Below are positions 1-12,175 of a stretch of 64,000 bases of DNA, piece by piece; within the stretch, counting starts at the first letter, position 1, and every line of letters begins with the position of its first letter. The notes below the pieces were generated by a model. The model did not search any database. It was not told the origin of the DNA and saw only the letters and a program-made list of their open reading frames with translations. Location of the stretch: assembly GCA_003427395.1 (NCBI GenBank), contig BFEA01000025.1, positions 3,448,728 to 3,512,727 of the forward strand. Direction: 5' to 3'. Position numbers and translations under genes: made by a program. The DNA is from Chara braunii. Lineage: Eukaryota > Plantae > Charophyceae.

Positions 1-120
1 GAAAACTTTCCCTTCTTTTTGAAAGGGCGACGGCCTTGAGATATCATCATCGAACTGATGGGGCCTTTTCAAAAAAAGAGAAAAAGAAAGAAATATTTGA
101 GAATGTTGTAGTGTATTTCA

Positions 121-218
121 CTCATCTGCTTCCAGACCGAGTGGAGTTCGAACTCAGCACCTGGTCTGTATTTCAACAGTTCAGTCCAGGGGGGGTGTAC
201 CAAGTGAGCTAGGCCCAG
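121..218 (-). mobile_element. tRNA-derived SINE, same family as 8178
   Basis: Reverse complement reads GGGCCTAGCTCACTTGGTACACCCCCCCTGGACTG...TGTTGAAATACAGAC...GAGTTCGAACTCC. Confidence 0.7.
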
Positions 219-1112
219 CTATTGGTTGCTCACCACATTTCAATCCCATCTGGAGAGTGCACCCTCCAGACAGTACATAGGTTTAACGGCACCGTCTCAC
301 ACTAAATCTGTATACAGCGACCGTTTCAGGGTAGATACAGATTGGATGGGCCCATGTTTCATTTGGGGGAAGGACGGAAGTCCGCCTAGGGGTTGACAAC
401 CGTCTCCCCCCCCTCCAGAAAGCAATTCAACCCAACCATGAATGTATACAAGCTGTCTTTCAAGCCCGATACATTCATGATGAGGGTGCATTGCATTTGG
501 GGGGAAAACACAGTTAGTCAGCAGTGTTATGAAAGTCCTTTAGCACATCATGAAACACTGGAGCCATACACAGGAGTAGATTTCAGGCCATACTCTCACA
601 GCAGCACTTCCCAGGATGTATCTGGCCGAAAACAAAGCCAGATTCCATCAAAACAAATCCTAGTTTTCGAGTACTATTATGCCTTCACATGGCCCTTGCT
701 TCGGTCCAAACCACCAAACCGACCCCACACCCACACCCACACATGACATGTTTCTTGTGCCATTTTCTGAATTATTTAATTGTTTTGTGGATTAGTATTT
801 TAGAAAAATAATATATGACCACAAGCTCTTCGTAAATAAACAAATCGTTTTCTGAATTATTCAATTGTTTTGTGTTCCTTTTTATCTAAATCGAACCACC
901 ACTGTATCTGCAGACCCAAGGATTTCCACGGGCTATTGGGGTCGGTTGGAGAATACCCACTCTGGAGAATACCCAACGTTCTTTTTTCATCAATCAAATC
1001 AAAGGCTAAGTAACATAAAGGTAATGTATTGGACTGCAAATCCGTCCTTAGCCTACTTACTCGGCAAGTTGACCAAGTTGAGTTGTAGGTACCACTCTGT
1101 CCCACGCCAACC

Positions 1113-1144
<32 letters not shown>

Positions 1145-1256
1145 TACCACCCTCTCACGTAGTAGACAGAATCAAGAAACATTCCACTCGAGGCTACCTA
1201 CCAGCCCATCACCCATCAACGATTCTGCTGTGATTACGACTGCGTGTGACACTGTG

Positions 1257-1369
1257 TCTTACGGCTAACTCCATGTGTGTTTCATCTTACTGCTAACTCC
1301 ATGTGTGTTTCATCTTACGGCTAACTCCATGTGTGTTTCATCTTACGGCTAACTCCATGTGTGTTTCAT
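1257..1369. repeat. 28-bp minisatellite, 4 copies
   Basis: TCTTACGGCTAACTCCATGTGTGTTTCA in tandem. Confidence 0.9.
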
Positions 1370-1389
1370 AAGTTTCCCATGAATGCTAT

Positions 1390-2510
1390 GAACGCATCCC
1401 ATCAACGAACCTGCACATCTTGCCGCATTGCATCACCGAATCTGCACCGAACCTTCCACCGTCGAACCTACACCGCACCTACAGCCAACTTACAGCGAAT
1501 CTGTAGGGCTCAAGTGCATTTTTCCATCACCAAACCGACAGGGCTTTGAGCATTCCATCTCCGAACCTGCTGCAGGGCTCCGTGCATTCCATCACTGCAC
1601 CTGCAGGGGGATCAGTGCCCTCCACCAGCAAATCTCCACAGCTACCGTCTTCCCCCGAACATAACGCACCCAGAAAAGGAGAGTATACAAGATATGTTTT
1701 CGGCCAGATACAGTCAGAATGAGGGTGCGTTGTGTTCGGGGGAAGACGGGAGTAGGCACATTACATCAGCTAACCTGCAGGGCTCCGCGCCTCCCACCAC
1801 CAGACCTCAAGCTTAGGGCTTGGTGCCTCCCCCCACTAATTTAACCTCCAGGGATTTTGATCGTACATCCAATCACCGAACTTGCTGCAAAGGGCTCGGT
1901 GCAAATTCCATCATCGAACCTGCACCTGGTCCTGCTGCAGGGCTTTGTCCATTCTTTCATCACCAAACCTCAGCGCATTCCATCACCTAACCTGTTCGGA
2001 CAGGTACATCCCATCACCGCACCTGCCGGACCAGATGCATCCCATCACCCAACCTCCAGGGCTCGGTACAGTCCATCACCGAACCTGCAGCAGGGCTCAT
2101 CGCAGAGACTGTCCATCAACGAACCTGCAGGACCATCACCGCAATGAGCCCTGTCTGTCCATCACCGCACCTGCAGGACCAGGTGCATCCCACTACCAAA
2201 CCGCCAGGGCTCGCTCCATCCCATCACTAGACCTGCTGCAGGGCTAGGTCCATCCCATCACTACACCTGCTGCAGGGCTAGGTCCATCCCATCACCGAAC
2301 CTGCAGCAGGGCTCGGTCACATTTCATCACCTAACCAGCCTGCAGGGCTTGGTGCAGACCATCACCGGACCTGCAAAGCTCATTGCGAACCATAACAGGA
2401 CTTGGTGCAGACCATCACCTAACCAGCCTGAAGGGCTTGGTGCAGACCATTCCGAAGAGAGCCTGCATGCAGGACTGGGTGCGTTGCATCACAGGACCGA
2501 AGCTTCAGGC
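1390..2510. repeat. Degenerate tandem array, unit about 30 bp (CCATCACCGAACCTGCAGGGCTCGGTGCA)
   Basis: CCATCACC..ACCTGC..AGGGCT recurs dozens of times; interrupted by a family B MITE. Confidence 0.85.
1645..1749. mobile_element. MITE family B copy
   Basis: CCGTCTTCCCCCGAACATAACGCACCC...GGGTGCGTTGTGTTCGGGGGAAGACGG. Confidence 0.75.
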
Positions 2511-2571
2511 CTTGCGCCTTTTTCGGCCCAACATCGAACCCCCTCCACGACTCCATAACGAAACTTGCTTT

Positions 2572-2605
<34 letters not shown>

Positions 2606-2690
2606 GAAACTTGCAGGCTGTATGCCTTCCTGATTCTCAGCACGTGCTGCTTACCACGAATAGATTGGGGCTACTGGCTTTTTTTGGGGG

Positions 2691-2892
2691 GGGGCGGACT
2701 ACGCGGGAGTCACAAAAAAAAAGGAGTTGCAATTGCACTACGGGGCAAGATACACTTTCGAATTGCAGTTCGGGCAACGTATAAAACCCAGCTTTCTGGC
2801 CAGGTGTAGGGTGCCCGAAGTGCAATTGCGAACTATACCTTGACCCAAAATGCAATTGTAACTCGTTTTTGTGACTCTGCTGAAGTTACCCC
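2691..2892. mobile_element. About 200-bp MITE, family A (long imperfect TIRs, GGGG...CCCC ends, possibly Mutator-like)
   Basis: GAGTCACAAAAA..GAGTTRYAATTGCA..CAAGATACA is mirrored at the right end. T runs flank both sides. Confidence 0.8.
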
Positions 2893-3008
2893 TTTTTGTA
2901 AACGAAAGGAAAAAAGAAAAAAGAAAAAAAAAAGTTTCGATAACTCCCTGCCTTCCACCATGAGAAGAGAAGGGGCGAGCCAATGTTTTTTTTTTTTTTT
3001 TCGGGGTC

Positions 3009-3047
3009 AAAATTGGAACGATACAGGGAAAATTAGCATGGCCCCTG
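3009..3047 (+). pseudogene. U6: U6 snRNA internal fragment with A-tail
   Basis: AAAATTGGAACGATACAGGGAAAATTAGCATGGCCCCTG followed by an A run. Confidence 0.8.
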
Positions 3048-3535
3048 AAAAAAAAATACCAAATTAAAAAAAGGTCGTTACGTGGACCTCTTTATTTTTA
3101 TTTTATTATTATTTCTTGAGCGGGAGGAACCTTTTTTTTTTCCTTTTTTTTTTCAGGCAAAACATCAGAGGTGGCAGGGGCGCTGCTGGCGAAGGTGGTA
3201 AGAGCAGGCCCCGGCAACAGCCCCCCCTCCCCCCCCCACCACCACCACAAAAGATGATGGCTGCGATCTATTGGTGGGGGAGCGGGACCACCATTTCTTG
3301 ATCAGCTATAGTGATAATAAAAAAGGCCTGAAAGACAGTCCTGTCCAGATTGACAGGTCATTGAATTGGTTTGGGTTAAGAATTAGCCTTCTGAAGAAAA
3401 AAAATATTGATTTGCACGTGGCCGGCTCGCGCATCGGCCATGCTAAGTGCTCTTCTCTGTGCTGTTCCACTTTTGAATTAATAGATGCAAAAAAAAAAAA
3501 AAAAAGGTAATGGATGCCTCAGAGGACTTAGGACG

Positions 3536-3910
3536 GAAATAATTTCTCGACTTCTGGACTTCTGTCTCCTCAGCCATGTCCCCGTTAAGTTCGAATACAA
3601 AAATTCGAAAAAAAAAAATTCTACCTACCTAAGCTACCTCTTGCTCGGTCGTAATGAATTAATGAATTAATGAATTAATGAATTAATGAATTAATGAATG
3701 GATGAATGAATGAATTGATCAATGAATGAATGAATGACGTGCACCGATCACAGCCATATTTCTCGAGTTCTGGACTTCCGTCTCCTCAGCCACGTCCTCG
3801 TTGAATCTGAAAAAAAATCTGCCTACCTAAGCTCCCTCATACTCAGTCGATACGAATTAATGAATTAATGAATTAATGAATTAACGAATTAATTAATTAA
3901 TTAATTACGT
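3536..3910. repeat. Tandem duplication of about 220 bp, each unit ending in (AATGAATT)n
   Basis: ATTTCTCGA.TTCTGGACTTC.GTCTCCTCAGCCA at ~3542 and ~3757. Confidence 0.8.
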
Positions 3911-4375
3911 ATATCGATTCATTGTCGCAATCACTAGATCGCCTCCTTATGCTCAGACGACATTTTCATTAATGTAGTAACTTAATGACGTACACTGATT
4001 TTTTGTCGCAACTGACTAATTAATCAATCATTATAATTAATTCCATTACTTAACTAACTTCATTAATTCATTAAATTTACATAATTAATTAAAATCTAAT
4101 TAAATTACTTGCCTTGTCGTAATTATTCCGGTGCTAAAAATGCATTAAGTTACATCCCTGTACATCTCAAAGGTTTTGTAAAAGTTGTGTACACATATGT
4201 GTGCAGTGCTCCCTGACCACCACCGCCTATTACCTGGGCCAAGCTCCCACTTGCACGGATTAAGAGATACTGACCGTAGATAGCAAAGATCAACGGCCCA
4301 AATCTCCTAATTTGCCCAAGTGGGACCTTGTCCCCGGGGAGGAGGCAACATCTCTTTTCTGGTCTCGGCCCGGTC

Positions 4376-4466
4376 CACGAGTTAGACCAGGACCGTTAGC
4401 ACGCTGTGGGTTTGTGTACTATACTAGCGGCCGCCATCAGTGCTAACGGTCCTGGTCTAACTCGTG
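4376..4466. mobile_element. 91-bp element with perfect 27-bp TIRs
   Basis: CACGAGTTAGACCAGGACCGTTAGCAC ... GTGCTAACGGTCCTGGTCTAACTCGTG. Confidence 0.75.
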
Positions 4467-4488
4467 TAGGCAGGCGCCCATTTTTGGG

Positions 4489-4697
4489 GGGGAAACTACA
4501 CGGGAGTCAAAAAAAAAAAAAAAAAAAAAAAGAGTTATAATTGCACTATGGGCCAAGATACAGTTTCGACTTGCAGTTCGGGCAATGTATACAACCCAGC
4601 TTTATGTCCAGGTAGGGTGCCTGAAGTGCAATTGCAAACTGTATCTTGCCCCGTACTGCAATTATAACCCGCTTTGTGACTCTACTGAAGTTACCCC
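4489..4697. mobile_element. MITE family A copy
   Basis: Same TIRs as 2691-2892, with an expanded internal A run. Confidence 0.8.
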
Positions 4698-4960
4698 TTT
4701 TTTTTGTCTCTAATTATCAGCTAGAAAGTAAGCCTGCGTGCTGACAGTTCCCAAACCTTTTCTTCTTTTTTTTTTGGTTCCCCATCATTTTTATTATTGT
4801 TGGGTTTTTTTCCCAGCTCTCTTTTACTCACGCGCGCGGGACGTCGGGGCGGCAAAGCTAAGTCTACCAAATACATAGGTAAATTAGCATGGGTCTTGTG
4901 GTGCTCGATTTCCCCTTTTGCTGCCTTTTTTTTTGGGTCTTTTTTTTTTTTTTTTTTTTT

Positions 4961-5040
4961 AGACCATTTCTNGATTTNTGNGTGNCATCCTTGCGCAGGG
5001 GCCNTGGCAATCTTCTCTGTATCGTTCCANTTTTAACGGA
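4961..5040 (-). pseudogene. U6: U6 snRNA retro-pseudogene (lacks the 5' stem, poly(A)-tailed)
   Basis: Reverse complement reads TCCGTTAAAANTGGAACGATACAGAGAAGATTGCCANGGCCCCTGCGCAAGGATG...AGAAATGGTCT. The tail is the T run at 4940-4960. Tn-GGGTCT is repeated on both sides. Confidence 0.9.
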
Positions 5041-5834
5041 AGGNGTTTTTTTTTTTTTTTTTTTTTTGGGTCTTGTGGTGCTCGATTTCCCTTCTTTTCT
5101 GCCCTTTTTTTGTTCCCCATCATCTGTTAATACGGTGGTTTGCATCACGAAGAATGATTAGCATGGGTCTTGTGGTGCTCGATTTCCCTTTTTTTTTTCT
5201 TTTTTCTTTTTTTTGGTGAAATTTCGCACTTGCAGGGACCTGCCGGGAAGGCTTTCTTTTTTTTTTTTTTTTTTCCTAAAGTGACCCAGCCCCCGTCAGC
5301 GTAGAGCTGCTGGACCAATCAGGAGGGGAGGTTGTGAGTTCGAGGCTGGTGGCAGTGATTTCTCTTGGGCCTGAATCTCATGTGCGCATGGGCTCTTGCC
5401 TCAAGCGGCACTCGGAGCCACCGTTAGGCCCAGGGGAGGGGCCCGGCGCAGCCGGGGGGAGGGCCGGGTTGGGGGGGGGTGAGGGAGGTGAGGGAGGTAA
5501 CGTAGTGTCTTAAGCCGATTACAACGCCTGCTCATTATCGCTGTATCTAGACTGAGTGTTGCCCCAAATACAGCTGTAATGACAGGGCGTTCTATTCGGG
5601 AGAACACTGTATACGAGTGAGATAGGGGTGTCTTGGAGGAGCAGTGGTTGGGAGTGGAGGTTTATACCTGAGCTATAATGACCCGGTGTTCTATTCGCGT
5701 TCTGCGGGACCTTAGTGCCGCTCATAGACTTGCCCCACCCCCTTGGAGCTGCCATGAGAGAACATGTAAGGGGAAGAAGGGGGGAGTTGGGGGCAGGGGA
5801 ATCCTAGCGGCTGTTGCAGACACGAATCACGATA

Positions 5835-5869
<35 letters not shown>

Positions 5870-6683
5870 GAAAAGAAAGAGAGAGAAAATTTAAGGACGA
5901 AAGAAGAACTAGGAGCGGTTGTTGCAGCCAGGAATAACGATAACAGAAAGATGGAAAGACACAGAGTGCTGCTCGACGATGCAAAACGAATGATTGCAAA
6001 CCATGCTGGATGACGCAAAACGAAAGGCTGCCACATTTAAATTTTCAAATTTGAAAAAGAAGAATAGTGACAATAATGACAAACAGTGGCCAGACCTGCT
6101 TTTCTTTTTTTTTCTTTTTTTTTTTCTTTTTTTTTTTTTAACCAGACCTGCTTTCAGTACATGCTTCTCAAGCTTTCCATTCCCAATCCGCACGTACAAT
6201 TACTCAGCAACGCGTTGCACATTTTCCTCAATCCTCGACGCCGCGTTTCGACCGCTTGCGCTGCTGCCGTCATCACTCAGGAGACTTTCCACACTCCGCG
6301 CCTTACGGCTCCCACCATGCACGGTAGCACCGACTGAGTGTAGAGGGCGATCGAGGCCTTGCCCTCTATATGCGCAATGTACACCTTCGTCAGCAGAGAG
6401 AAGGAGCGACGGGTCTGGTCTGGCACCTACCGCCCACACGTGCAACAACCCCGTGCATCACTTGCACCTATCGTACTATTGTTGGTGCACGTGCATCAGT
6501 CCGCATCGGCATCAGTGCTTCCCGTTGCTCTGCCTCCGTTCTGCTCACCCACTCAAGCACTCTCCCTTGGGCAAGTGCTCACCACGCGCCCTCTCCTATT
6601 GAAAACCGTGCTGGACGACGCGAAACAAAAAGCTGCCTCGTTTTTTTTTTGTTTTTTTTTTTTTGTTTTTTTTTGTTGTTGTT

Positions 6684-6765
6684 AATGGTCCACGGATCAG
6701 ATATTAAACTGATCAGAACAGATACTACACTTGATCTTACTTAGCCAAAAGGCCGCGAAAGGTAT
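6684..6765 (-). pseudogene. U2: U2 snRNA 5' fragment (retro-pseudogene) with A-rich tail
   Basis: Reverse complement reads ATACCTTTCGCGGCCTTTTGGCTAAG(TAAG)ATCAAGTGTAGTATCTGTTCTGATCAGTTTAATATCTGAT. The branch-pairing GTAGTA is present. Tail at 6641-6683. Confidence 0.93.
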
Positions 6766-7001
6766 TCATTTAAAATTTCAAATTCGAAAACGAAGAAGCA
6801 TAGTGATAAACAGAGGCCATTGACTGTCCTTCGTCCATGCTTCCACAGAAAATTCCATACTTAACCGCATGCACTGAGCTCAGAAGAAACGCGCTCATTC
6901 CCCTGCGCACGTTCAAGCCAGGGAGCGCACCTGGCACTCATCAGTGGCCCTTCTCCGCAGATCCACCTTTTACATTTTATCTCCGCAAGTACAGTTCTCA
7001 G

Positions 7002-7075
7002 CATGAGACGCGCAATTTCCCCATGAGACGCGCAATTTCCCCATGAGACGCGCAAAAATTTCCCCATGAGACGCG
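7002..7075. repeat. 20-bp minisatellite, about 4 copies
   Basis: CATGAGACGCGCAATTTCCC in tandem. Confidence 0.85.
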
Positions 7076-8177
7076 TTGTTTTGGGCCCAGGCTGCGCTCC
7101 TGGCAGTCCTCATGGAGGGCTCCTCCCAAAATCGACTTGCGGCACCCCCCCCCCCTCCCTTTTCGACCATATCGCTGCGAGGAGCTATAAGATCTGTTTG
7201 GCAGAGGAATCGAAATGCGGCATCCTGCTATTGGTGTTCCATTGGAAAAATGGTGAGTAGAAAGCTCAAAAAAAAAAAAAAGAAAAAAAAAAAGATCTGT
7301 TTGGCAGAGGAATCGAAGTGTTAGGGAGATTCCTCTGCCAAACAGATCGCAGAGGAAGCGGAATGTTTGGGAGATTAAAAAAAAAAAAAAAAAAAAAAAG
7401 TTTGGGAGATTTTTGTGCAACCATTTCGCGGTTGCTCAGCAGGAAAGAGGAGCTTAGCTGTACCTGTATGCAGTATGAAGGTAAGAATATTTTTTTCCTT
7501 ACCAACGAGTTGTTCACTGTAATGTCGAGGAAGCCGCGGCTGTGTTGTGCGAAAAACGTTTATCTTTTGGAATCATGCACTTCTTTTTTTCTTTTCTTTT
7601 TTTTCCCCCTTGAACTATTTAGGAATGAAGTTCAATGAACGGTCGAAGTTTTGCCAGTCTTTAAAAACTCTTAAGAATTATGCTGTCCACGAAGAGGTAA
7701 GAGTGAAAAAAAAAACTCTTAAAAAACGAAAAAGAAAACGACAAATTCTGTAAGAAATTGTGTCAGCAGGCGGATCCCCTTCTTAAGCGTCCGCACAGGG
7801 CAATTTTTTTTTTTTATTATTTTTTTGCACAGGGCAATTCTTTTTTTTTTTTTTTTTTTTTTTTTGTGCACAGGGCAATTCTTACTACTACGGGATGACT
7901 TCTCCTTGGTATGGTACCACCGTGGAGTTCTTTCCCCAGTTCCCACCATCTCGGATTCGAACCAGCGATCTCATTATAACCAGAAACAGTGTACCGCTCA
8001 CCAACGGGCCTACTTAGGGCGAGATCCCACTGGCAAAGAGGATTGTAGCGAGTGTCTGAATGTGGACGTGTTTGTGGACGGGTGCGAAAATTTGTGATTG
8101 ATCTTCTTTTCTGCATCTCTGTGTGGAACCCGTCCAGATTCAGACTCTTATTCCAATCCTCTTAGCAAGCGCGATCT

Positions 8178-8294
8178 GGTCCTTAGCTCAGTTGGTACAC
8201 CCCCCCTGGACTGTTGAAATAGAGACTCAAGTTCGGACCCAGATACCTTCAGATGAACAGAGTAAGATTAAAAAAAAAAAAAAAAAAAAAAAAA
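8178..8294 (+). mobile_element. tRNA-derived SINE with poly(A)
   Basis: A box TAGCTCAGTTGG, B-box-like GTTCGGACCC, long A tail. Related copies at 121-218 (-) and 10975-11060 (+). Confidence 0.7.
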
Positions 8295-8398
8295 GAAGAT
8301 CATTCTGAATTGCCTGCCGACGGTCAGTTCAATGATGATGATACTATCTAAGGGCCGTCGCCCTTTTAAACAGAAAAAAGAAGAAACTGAGTCCCGGA

Positions 8399-8559
8399 GC
8401 CAAGTCCCACTAGCAGCGTTGAGCTATCTCAACGCCAGAATCTGGACGTGTTTGTGGAGACGTGCAGTTTCAGGAAACTCAACACCATTTCTGCACATCT
8501 CCGCAAAAGCGTCCAGATTCAGGCGTTGACGTAGCTCAACGCTGCTAGTGGGACTTGGC
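8399..8559. mobile_element. Palindromic MITE (diverged relative at ~8020-8177)
   Basis: GCCAAGTCCCACTAGCAGCGTTGAGCTA ... TAGCTCAACGCTGCTAGTGGGACTTGGC. Confidence 0.8.
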
Positions 8560-9282
8560 CCCCGCTCAACCACACACACGAGGTAGGGATAAATTCCGTA
8601 GAAGCGAACTTGGGCCGCTTTCCAATGGAACACCACTGAGGGAAAAAGGGGAAAAGAAACAGATTTCAGAAGGGGGAAAAAAAAAAAAACAGCCAAAGAA
8701 AAAGAAAAACAAACGCAAGCATAAAAAAAAAAAAAAAAAAAAAAAAGACGTTCGGTGGAGAAGAGAATTAATATACTATAGCCGCGCAGTGCGATGACTG
8801 CGACCATGATAACAGCATGGGTTGGCTATGGAGAGAGAGAGGGGGGGAAGGGAAGAGGGGGGGGGAGGGGGCGGGGGGGGGGGGGGGAATTGGGTAGTCA
8901 TGGAATGAACATGTAAGATGGGGAACGCTCAAGCTGAGGAGGTCCCACTTACACAGATCCTAAGTAGTTTTCAGATTGGACATAAGGAATCTAAATTGCA
9001 ATCCCGTCCCTTCATATTACTGCTAGTTTGATCTACTTGACCAATCTGCGGCCATAAGAGAAGAAGTCGGGAAAGTAAAAAGATAAAAGAAAAAAGAAAA
9101 AAGAAAAAAAAAGGAAATTCGGGAAAAGTTGCACCTCGCCCCCAACCATCAACACGGATTATAACACGGCGCACTTGCCGAAAGCCAAGTCATGGGAATG
9201 CACTTTCGCGCATCTGTATCTGTACAGTAACAGCGAACTGATTCCTTCTGCAATACTCCGCCTGCCTGCCGTTCTGGTCATG

Positions 9283-9359
<77 letters not shown>

Positions 9360-10974
9360 NNNNNNNNNNNNNNNNNNNNNNNNNNNNNNNNNNNNNNNNN
9401 NNNNNNNNNNNNNNNNNNNNNNNNNNNNNNNNNNNNNNNNNNNNNNNNNNNNNNNNNNNNNNNNNNNNNNNNNNNNNNNNNNNNNNNNNNNNNNNNNNNN
9501 NNNNNNNNNNNNNNNNNNNNNNNNNNNNNNNNNNNNNNNNNNNNNNNNNNNNNNNNNNNNNNNNNNNNNNNNNNNNNNNNNNNNNNNNNNNNNNNNNNNN
9601 NNNNNNNNNNNNNNNNNNNNNNNNNNNNNNNNNNNNNNNNNNNNNNNNNNNNNNNNNNNNNNNNNNNNNNNNNNNNNNNNNNNNNNNNNNNNNNNNNNNN
9701 NNNNNNNNNNNNNNNNNNNNNNNNNNNNNCGGAAGCGGAAACATGAGCCCACAGGCACGGCCACGAACATAACCGCAACAAGCGCGAAAGCAACTCTCCC
9801 AATGTAGTCCCGGGCATGGAGAGGGACGTGCTACAACATTCAACTGCAAGCAGTAGGGGACAGGTGGAAGGAGAAAGACGAAGAGAAAATTACGCGAGGA
9901 TGAATGCTAGACAGCAGCAAGAAGAGAAGTAAGAAAAGAGAAGAGAGAGAGAAGGAGAGCGAGGGAGACAGAGGGAGGGAGAGGGAGAGGGAGAGGGTGA
10001 GGGAGAGGGAGAGGGAGAGGGAAGTTTACCATACAAACTGCCCAGCAACGTTCCCGTACTACGTGTCGAACTCCGAAAGCACCGAAGAAGAAGAAGAAGA
10101 AGAAGAAGAAGAAGAAGAAGAAGAATGCCAATCGATGCAGCTGCAGCGACCGGTCCTAGGCAAGCAATCGTCCGGTCGCCGTTCCTGGTCTATCCTCCTC
10201 TCCCGCTCCCTCTCTCTCGCCCTCCCTCAAGCACCGAGGATGGCGCGATACTGTTGACGGTGTCGAGATTTGCGACTCTGAGCCCGTAATCACACTGGCA
10301 CTTTCCTGAATGTATATGACCGCATTCCCGCCCTACCCTGGATGCACCCGGCTTGAATTACGTCCACAGAGAAGTCGAAAAGCTCTTCGTGTTCGTGCGT
10401 TTTTTTATGCCCTGCCTCTGTTCTCTCTCCCCTCAAGCCAAGAAGCCACGAGTTTGGGTCCGTTGACGGTCCTCGGCTACTCCCGCGTTGCTATCCCTTC
10501 CTTTACCCTTCGACCTCAGCGATCGTCAGTTGAAGACTGCGCAAGTCACGTAGATACCCCTACGCAATTTCAACTTGACGCCGCTACCCCTCCATGTTAA
10601 GTACACCCGCTGCCGAGTTAAAAAACGAAGAACCGCGACCACAACATTTATGTTATGGCGGGGCCGTCCCAGATTCGCACAAATCGATTTGTCGATTTGG
10701 GCGGGAAGACCAGGTTTCCGTTTCCGATTCGTTTATAGATATATATAAATACAAGAATACAAGTTGGTTGGTAGGTTGGCCGCCGCGGGCGCTCCCTAAT
10801 AGCCAGAGAAAGGACCTAGCTCCACTACTCAGTGTTCAGTGTACTCACCAAATGTGCAAAATGGGAATGAATTTTATGCTAGAACATGGAAAAATGCACG
10901 GGCATTTTTTTTTTTTTGGTGATTTGTGCATGTCGAGAGTCCTCAAGCGAGGCCTAAAATCGAAAGTGACCAAC

Positions 10975-11060
10975 GGGCCTACCGGTAGCTCAGCTGGTTC
11001 ACCCATGAAGTGTTCAAATGCAGACGCAAGTTCGAGTCCAGCTGCAGTCAGATTGACAAA
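10975..11060 (+). mobile_element. tRNA-derived SINE head
   Basis: TAGCTCAGCTGG...AGTTCGAGTCC; the internal TGTTCAAATGCAGAC resembles the 8178 family. Confidence 0.6.
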
Positions 11061-11108
11061 ATAATCTGCTTTCTGAATTACCTTGGGTGGGCTGGTCAGT
11101 CAAATGAT

Positions 11109-11128
11109 GTATCCTTCGGGACATCCGT

Positions 11129-11160
<32 letters not shown>

Positions 11161-11168
11161 GGCCCCTG
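11109..11168 (+). pseudogene. U6: U6 snRNA 5' fragment
   Basis: GTATCCTTCGGGACATCCGTTAAAATTGGAACGATACAGAGAAGATTAGCATGGCCCCTG, with an intact ACAGAGA box. Abuts a TIR element. Confidence 0.92.
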
Positions 11169-11778
11169 GGGCGTCGACCGACTAGCCAAGCGTTACGCTT
11201 GGAGGCTGGGCTTTCGATCACCGTGTGGCCCGGGGTGACACAAAACGGCCGCCGATTGCCCTCCACATCAACTGTGATGATGTTTAGGAGTCGGGCGAGG
11301 TTCCCGGCTGATGGCCAATTGGAAGTTTTTTTTTTTTTTTTTTGGTGTTTTTGTTGGAATAACAACAACTTTTGACCCATGGGGTGATATCCAAGCTTCG
11401 CGCCAACAGATTTTCGCTTGGAAAGTCTGAAAAAAATGACGAATGGAAGTAATAACGGCGTCGTTTTTGTGCAGTGCCCACAAATAAGGGCGAGAAATGT
11501 GGTGTCAGTGCCCACTCATTGGGCCTTGTATTCATGTCCCTATCACAAGGGCGGGCGCACATGCCCGCAATGTCGGGGTGAATCCATGCATGTATTGGAA
11601 TGAAACGCATATGGTGTAATAATGACGGATGTCAGTAATAATGACGGATGTCAGTCATTATTGCGGGCTCCTTATCAATGGGGGAAAATAAAATGCAGGA
11701 AAACCATTTTTTCCTATTTTTTTAACACATTTCGCATGCCACACACTGTTTTACGCTTGGCTAGTCGGTCGAGGCCCC
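11168..11778. mobile_element. Non-autonomous TIR element (26-bp TIRs)
   Basis: GGGGCGTCGACCGACTAGCCAAGCGT ... ACGCTTGGCTAGTCGGTCGAGGCCCC. Confidence 0.75.
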
Positions 11779-12175
11779 AGGGGGCTAGGCACACAGCCTT
11801 TCGACCCAAGGCACTTTCCGGAAATTGTCAGATGGAATTGGAGAAATGTTGCGCTCGAAAGAAAGGACCCCCCTTAACCACACATACTTTCGAAACCTTC
11901 TTCGAAAGCCAACTTCCGAACCCACCACAACAAAACAAATGGTGGGCGGGAGGTTAGAGAACCCGATGGATGGTCCTCTTCATGGCCCTTTTCCACAAGA
12001 CCCAAAGGCGGCTTTTGAGAATTGGACCGTGACAGGCAGGTGGGAAACGCCTTCTGAAGCTGGGTTCACTGACACCTTTTGACACATTTTCACCGACTGT
12101 GGGTTCGAAAGGCTGTGCGGCGAAGATGGGGTGTCCATTTTTTGTGTTTAAAAAAGGCTGTGGGGCGAGCCCCTG
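11778..12175. mobile_element. hAT-like non-autonomous element
   Basis: CAGGGGGCTAGGCACACAGCCTTT ... AAAGGCTGTGGGGCGAGCCCCTG, with subterminal AGGCTGTG repeats. Confidence 0.55.

Noticed and set aside
8178-8250. Functional tRNA genes (also 121-218, 10975, 19621, 49703)
   Set aside because: A and B boxes are present, but there is no consistent acceptor or anticodon stem; dispersed related copies and an A tail indicate SINEs.
11109-11168. Functional U6 or U2 snRNA genes
   Set aside because: All copies are truncated, mutated or A-tailed, and I see no upstream USE/TATA arrangement.
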